From Promethearchaeota archaeon (lineage in GTDB: Archaea; Asgardarchaeota; Lokiarchaeia; Sigyniarchaeales; SOKP01): a DNA stretch of 62,551 bases. The stretch spans positions 1-62,551 of the forward strand of contig JABCSY010000010.1 of assembly GCA_018238625.1 (NCBI GenBank). The letters are read 5' to 3'. Each line of letters begins with the position of its first letter. Within the stretch, counting starts at the first letter, position 1. Of the stretch, positions 58,163 to 62,551 are shown in pieces. A program made the position numbers and the translations under genes. The notes under the pieces were generated by a model. The model was not told the origin of the DNA, made no database searches, and saw only the letters and a program-made list of their open reading frames with translations.

Positions 58163-59410
58163 ATGGGAAGACAAGTAGCTGTAGTTTCGGCTGGTTTTAG
58201 TGAACATGCTTCAAAACGCACCGATGTAAGTATGCCAGAACTAGTAAGTGAAGCTATTCTTGATTGCTTAAAGAAAGTCCCTAGCGTGGGAATTGAAGAT
58301 ATTGATGCTTTTGTAAATGGAAATATGCCCGCATTTGAAGGGGCTAACATTCCAGAACTTTGGATGACGGATTGGATGGGAGCAAGAAATAAACCACTAA
58401 TGAGAGTGACAACTGGAGGGACAACTGGAGGATCGGTAGCCATTTCGGGATATTATAATGTAACAGCAGGTATCCCCGGCGTTGATACCGTTTTAGCAGT
58501 AGCATTTGAACAGCAATCCGTAGGCACAACGAGCGTAGGATTAGCAAGCGTAGCGTATGGAGAAATATCTGTTCTCAATTCATTAGGTATGTCTTACGAG
58601 GAATTAACACGTTTGCTATCTGGTGGTGCTGCGATCGGTATCGCATCGTACCAAGCGGCGAATTACATGCGTAGAAGCAAAATTACTGAAGAAGATTTAG
58701 CTAGAGTTGTAGTCCAAAATCGCCATAATGCTGCAAAAACCTGGTGGACACACTTGAAAATGCCAGATCTTACAATTGAACAAGTATTAGACACACCTTA
58801 CATATCTTTCCCCTTAAGATACGGCATGGTTTGTCCTGCCTCAGATGGAGCTTGCGCTATGTTGTTTACAACAGAGGAAAAAGCTAAAGATATGTGTGAT
58901 ATTCCCGTTTATGTAAATGGTGTTGCGAGTGTTTCTCATGAAACTGCTATTTTAGGATATAACGGAAGTGGTGCTGGACAATTAGATCCTTCGGAACAAT
59001 TAGGCGCTATGAAGTCAGCAGAATTAGCTTTTAGTCAGTCTGGAATCTCTTTTCCAAGGAAGGAAATTGATTATGCCGAAGTTTATGCCCCTTTTCCTAA
59101 TCAAGAATTAATGTGGGTTGAAAGATTAGGATTATTTGAAGAAAATACTGCTTCTTCTATGTATGAAAGTGGAGTAACAGCGTTAAACGGAGAACTTCCA
59201 ATAAATTGCTCTGGTGGCGTAAACTCAACAAATGCCATAGGGGCTTCAGCGATGGAAAGACCAGCTGAAGCAGCTCTCCAGATAATGGGAAAAGCCAGTA
59301 ACCAAGTCCCTAAAACGGTCCATACGTCTTTAGGTCACGGTTGGGGTGGTATTATTAATTTAATTACGATGATGGTGATGTCAGATGAACCGGCTCGTAA
59401 ATTTAAATAA
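58163..59410 (+). CDS. SCP-x-type thiolase-fold protein (Ltp3-like, no catalytic Cys)
   Basis: KPLMRVTTGGTTGGS, CPASDGACA, AEVYAPF, SGGVNSTNAIGAS, LGHGWGG. Confidence 0.85.
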   Translation: MGRQVAVVSAGFSEHASKRTDVSMPELVSEAILDCLKKVPSVGIEDIDAFVNGNMPAFEGANIPELWMTDWMGARNKPLMRVTTGGTTGGSVAISGYYNVTAGIPGVDTVLAVAFEQQSVGTTSVGLASVAYGEISVLNSLGMSYEELTRLLSGGAAIGIASYQAANYMRRSKITEEDLARVVVQNRHNAAKTWWTHLKMPDLTIEQVLDTPYISFPLRYGMVCPASDGACAMLFTTEEKAKDMCDIPVYVNGVASVSHETAILGYNGSGAGQLDPSEQLGAMKSAELAFSQSGISFPRKEIDYAEVYAPFPNQELMWVERLGLFEENTASSMYESGVTALNGELPINCSGGVNSTNAIGASAMERPAEAALQIMGKASNQVPKTVHTSLGHGWGGIINLITMMVMSDEPARKFK

Positions 59411-59416
59411 TGGAGG

Positions 59417-59947
59417 ATGAAAAAAGTGTCAAAACAAACTCAAAGAAAATCTATGGATTATATAAAAAAGGATTATGTAAGAACTAGAACGATGCCAGGT
59501 AAGTGGTACTTGGCGAGTTATACGTTTAAATTTAACATTACTCATATGACTCCCTTTTTAGAGAAATTAAAACAGAAGAAGTTAGTAGGAAACGAATGTC
59601 GGAGTTGCAATAGGGTATTTTTTCCCCCCAGATTAGTATGTGGAAAGTGTATGGTTAAACCTGATCGATGGGTATCTTTACGCGATACTGCTCAAGTGGC
59701 CACTTATACAATTGTATATACCAAAGATCCTGAAACGGGGGAAGTGTTAGAAAAACCTGTAGTGTGTATTCGCCAAGATGGTTCTGACACCACTCATATT
59801 GCTCAATTAGAACCTACTATAGACTTTAAAGACGCATATATCGGCATGCCACTAAAAGTGCATTGGAAAGATGTTACAACTGGTGGTTTAGGCGATATTG
59901 AATATTACGATGTTTTAGAAGACGATGCAAAGGATATTAAAATATAA
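59417..59947 (+). CDS. DUF35 Zn-ribbon/OB-fold protein
   Basis: GGAGG SD; CRSCNRVFFPPRLVCGKC; IGMPLKVHW. Confidence 0.9.
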   Translation: MKKVSKQTQRKSMDYIKKDYVRTRTMPGKWYLASYTFKFNITHMTPFLEKLKQKKLVGNECRSCNRVFFPPRLVCGKCMVKPDRWVSLRDTAQVATYTIVYTKDPETGEVLEKPVVCIRQDGSDTTHIAQLEPTIDFKDAYIGMPLKVHWKDVTTGGLGDIEYYDVLEDDAKDIKI

Positions 59948-59988
59948 AAAGAATAATTTTGTTGTTACTTAATTTTATTTTTTATTTT

Positions 59989-61662
59989 TTATTTTTTTTT
60001 AAAAATTATACCTTCTAAAGGAGTTAATTTAATATTTCCACTATACGCTTTAGTATCTAAAGCTTTTCTATCCGATAAGGTTGAGAATAAAAGTTCTGGT
60101 TTTTCTATTGGAGTTTGTATTAATAATTCTTTCTTTGTAAAGTTTAAATATATAAAAATTTTTTGAGCTTTATGGTTTCTAGTATAAGAGATATAATTCC
60201 TCTCCTTTTTCTCATATTCGATAAAATGCAATTCACCTTCTTGTAATGCTATATTTTCTTTTCTAACTTTTAATAGTCTTTTATAGCAGTTTAACAATGA
60301 AGCAGGATTCTTTTGTTCTTTTTTAACATTAATTTTCTCGAAAGTATCTGAAACTTTTAACCAAGGTTCGATTTCGATATTAGACGAGAATCCTGCATTT
60401 TTATTATCATTCCACTGCATTGGAGTTCTACAGCGATCTCGAGTTAATGAAAAACCAATTAACCTACTTAATTGCGGCATTGGAAACCATGAAAATTTAC
60501 GTCCAATTGGATCTTCACTAGTTTTTAGCTTGAACCTAACATTGGACATCCCTATTTCTTCCCCATAATAAATAAATGGAACGCCTCTTAAGGTTAATTG
60601 CATAGTTGCAAGAATTTTAGCTTTATGAAAATTGTTTTTTAAAAGAGATATATAACGATCAATATCATGGTTTCCATAAACAAAAGTTGGAGTAAATGGA
60701 AATGGCAAAGCTTTCTCAATCCTTGAAATTAAGCTTATGTATTTTTTTGGGTCAAACGGTGTTGAAACAAACTCGAATAAAAAACACATGTGCAATCCAT
60801 TGTTATTATGTCCATAATACTTTTTAATCTCCTCAATGGAGCCACTAACCTCACCTACAAGAAATCTTTCTGGTTCATACTCGTCCATTACTTCTCTTAA
60901 TTCCAGAGCAAAATCAAAGGTTTCGGGTAAGTTTAAATCGTATTTGTGCTTATGAAAAAGCGTATCCACTTTTTTGTCTGAAGGTATGATTGTCCAACTA
61001 AATTTATCATTTGTTAATTGTTCATCTTCATAAATAGCATGAAGAATGTCTAATCGAAATCCATCAACTCCTTTATCTAACCAAAAACGCATTGTATTAA
61101 ACATTTCCTCCTTTACTTCAGGATTGCGATAATTTAAATCAATCATGCTCGGCAAAAAATGGAAATAAACCCATTGATCAGTGTTTTCGTAATATAACCA
61201 AGCACAACCTCCAGTCATTGTGGTCCAATTGTTTGGAGGTTTCTTACCACCAGATTTTTTACCATCACGCCATATGTACCAATTACGCTTTGGATTGACC
61301 CTACTTGAAGCAGATTCAATGAACCATGGATGATCAATAGATGTATGATTAAGAACGAAATCCAAAACCATTTTCATTTTTCTATCGTGCATTTCCTTTA
61401 GGAGTTGATCAAAATCTTTTAATGTCCCATATTCCGGTGCGATACCGCGAAAATCTCTAACATCATAACCGTGATCTTGTTGAGGAGAATCAAAAAAGGG
61501 ACTAAACCAAATGGTTTCTACACCTAACTCTTCTAAATAATCTAATTTTGAAATTATCCCCTGTAAATCTCCAATACCATTACCAGTACTATCTTTAAAT
61601 GATCGAGGGTAGATTTGATATACTGTAGTTTTTTGCCACCATTTATACTTCCATTCAGCCAT
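59989..61662 (-). CDS. GH13 alpha-glucosidase / oligo-1,6-glucosidase
   Basis: WWQKTTVYQIYPRSF.DS.G.GIGDL, DHGYD, NHTS, GFRLD, VGEV, NHD, YYGEEIG, RTPMQW. Confidence 0.95.
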   Translation of the reverse strand: MAEWKYKWWQKTTVYQIYPRSFKDSTGNGIGDLQGIISKLDYLEELGVETIWFSPFFDSPQQDHGYDVRDFRGIAPEYGTLKDFDQLLKEMHDRKMKMVLDFVLNHTSIDHPWFIESASSRVNPKRNWYIWRDGKKSGGKKPPNNWTTMTGGCAWLYYENTDQWVYFHFLPSMIDLNYRNPEVKEEMFNTMRFWLDKGVDGFRLDILHAIYEDEQLTNDKFSWTIIPSDKKVDTLFHKHKYDLNLPETFDFALELREVMDEYEPERFLVGEVSGSIEEIKKYYGHNNNGLHMCFLFEFVSTPFDPKKYISLISRIEKALPFPFTPTFVYGNHDIDRYISLLKNNFHKAKILATMQLTLRGVPFIYYGEEIGMSNVRFKLKTSEDPIGRKFSWFPMPQLSRLIGFSLTRDRCRTPMQWNDNKNAGFSSNIEIEPWLKVSDTFEKINVKKEQKNPASLLNCYKRLLKVRKENIALQEGELHFIEYEKKERNYISYTRNHKAQKIFIYLNFTKKELLIQTPIEKPELLFSTLSDRKALDTKAYSGNIKLTPLEGIIFKKK

Positions 61663-61762
61663 ATTAAAATCAAATTGTAGAATCATTTATACTTATTTTA
61701 ATTTGATTGTTTCATGTTTCATACAGCATTTCTTTATATGGAATCAAAAACAAATTCATTAT

Positions 61763-62293
61763 ATGGAGTCAAAAACAAACAATTTGTTGGATCTGATTAA
61801 GTCGCGAAAGTCCGTCAGAAATTTTATTTATAAGAAAATTGATAACGACACGATAAGAGAGATAATAGATTGCGGTCGATGGGCGCCTTCTGGTCAAAAT
61901 AGCCAGCCTTGGAAAGTTTGTATTGTCTCACATCCCACTGTTAAGCGTATGATTGCAGAACAATCGAAGTACGGAGGAATTATTGAAAGCGCTTATCTTA
62001 ACTTCGTTATCTTCTTAGACTTAGAAAGAGGTTACGATCGGGTAAAGGACATATTAGCTATGGGCGGGTTCATGCAGAATATGCTTTTAGCCGTTCATGC
62101 GAAAGGATTGGGTGCTGTTTGGATCGGCGAAATCTTAAAAAATAAGGAAAAAATTAATGAAATTTTCAAACTATCGACTGAGAAATACGAATTAATGGGT
62201 GTAATTACTGCAGGACTAATTGACGACGCTTTAGAAAAAAGCACAGAGGGAAGGGAAAGAAGAGCGATAGACGAATTTATAGATTGGTTTTAA
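61763..62293 (+). CDS. Nitroreductase family protein
   Basis: RKSVRNF, WAPSGQNSQPW, QNMLLA...GLGAVW; start at ATG 61763. Confidence 0.92.
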   Translation: MESKTNNLLDLIKSRKSVRNFIYKKIDNDTIREIIDCGRWAPSGQNSQPWKVCIVSHPTVKRMIAEQSKYGGIIESAYLNFVIFLDLERGYDRVKDILAMGGFMQNMLLAVHAKGLGAVWIGEILKNKEKINEIFKLSTEKYELMGVITAGLIDDALEKSTEGRERRAIDEFIDWF

Positions 62294-62331
62294 TAAAATT
62301 TCGTTAAAAAATTAAAAATTGTTAGTATTCA

Positions 62332-62550
62332 TTATTCTTTCTTTTTTTTCATTTCTAAACGTCTTATATTTTTAAGCTCTGAAGCAAAGAACTCTTTTCC
62401 GTAGTGGGAAAACAGAACTGCTGCTGGATTATGCGGGGAAGATCTATCCTTTGCGATTAAAGTCGTTACCGGCGCTTCCGACAAGCGCGTAAAGGTTATA
62501 TCGTGACCGACACATAGACCTACGAGAACGTTCATATCGGTGGAAGAATT
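62332..62550 (-). CDS. DUF1847-family protein, 3' part (partial, runs off window end)
   Basis: [12 protein letters not shown]...[13 protein letters not shown]...HNP. Confidence 0.85.
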   Translation of the reverse strand, partial: NSSTDMNVLVGLCVGHDITFTRLSEAPVTTLIAKDRSSPHNPAAVLFSHYGKEFFASELKNIRRLEMKKKKE

Positions 62551-62551
62551 A

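Noticed and set aside
1-62551. tRNA, rRNA or CRISPR loci
   Set aside because: No cloverleaf, rRNA-like tract or repeat-spacer array was recognised by eye; tRNAscan-SE and Infernal would be needed to exclude them.

Overview
AT-rich archaeal chromosomal window, most consistent with a Lokiarchaeia/Promethearchaeota (Asgard) genome. Supporting genes include rpl37e next to an Sm-like gene, a tRNA-splicing endonuclease subunit, TrmB, a roadblock protein, a ubiquitin-like protein ending in GG, a Loki-type LRR protein and an IPGY-type C-terminal sorting signal. Most of the window is metabolic or regulatory. An apparent accessory tract of about 12 kb (~9.1-21.7 kb) carries an IS481/Mu-like DDE element, a degenerate RadA paralogue, an M6 protease, a SUFU-domain protein, a Mini-III-like RNase and an array of GTnnAC sites at exactly 20-bp spacing. 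The strongest new candidate is missing from the ORF track: a 57-residue single-TM ORF (5139-5312) with an in-frame UGA in a GGG-U-S-C context, a triple TAA stop, and a eukaryote-like SECIS hairpin just downstream. It is a putative small selenoprotein with SelK/SelS-like architecture. Other points of interest are a CorA-like/2TM-Nudix fusion divergent from nadA, two response regulators that appear to start at non-AUG codons, and an Ltp3/Ltp4-DUF35-like aldolase cassette. No rRNA, tRNA or CRISPR array was recognised. All family calls come from recognising motifs by eye; no searches were run.
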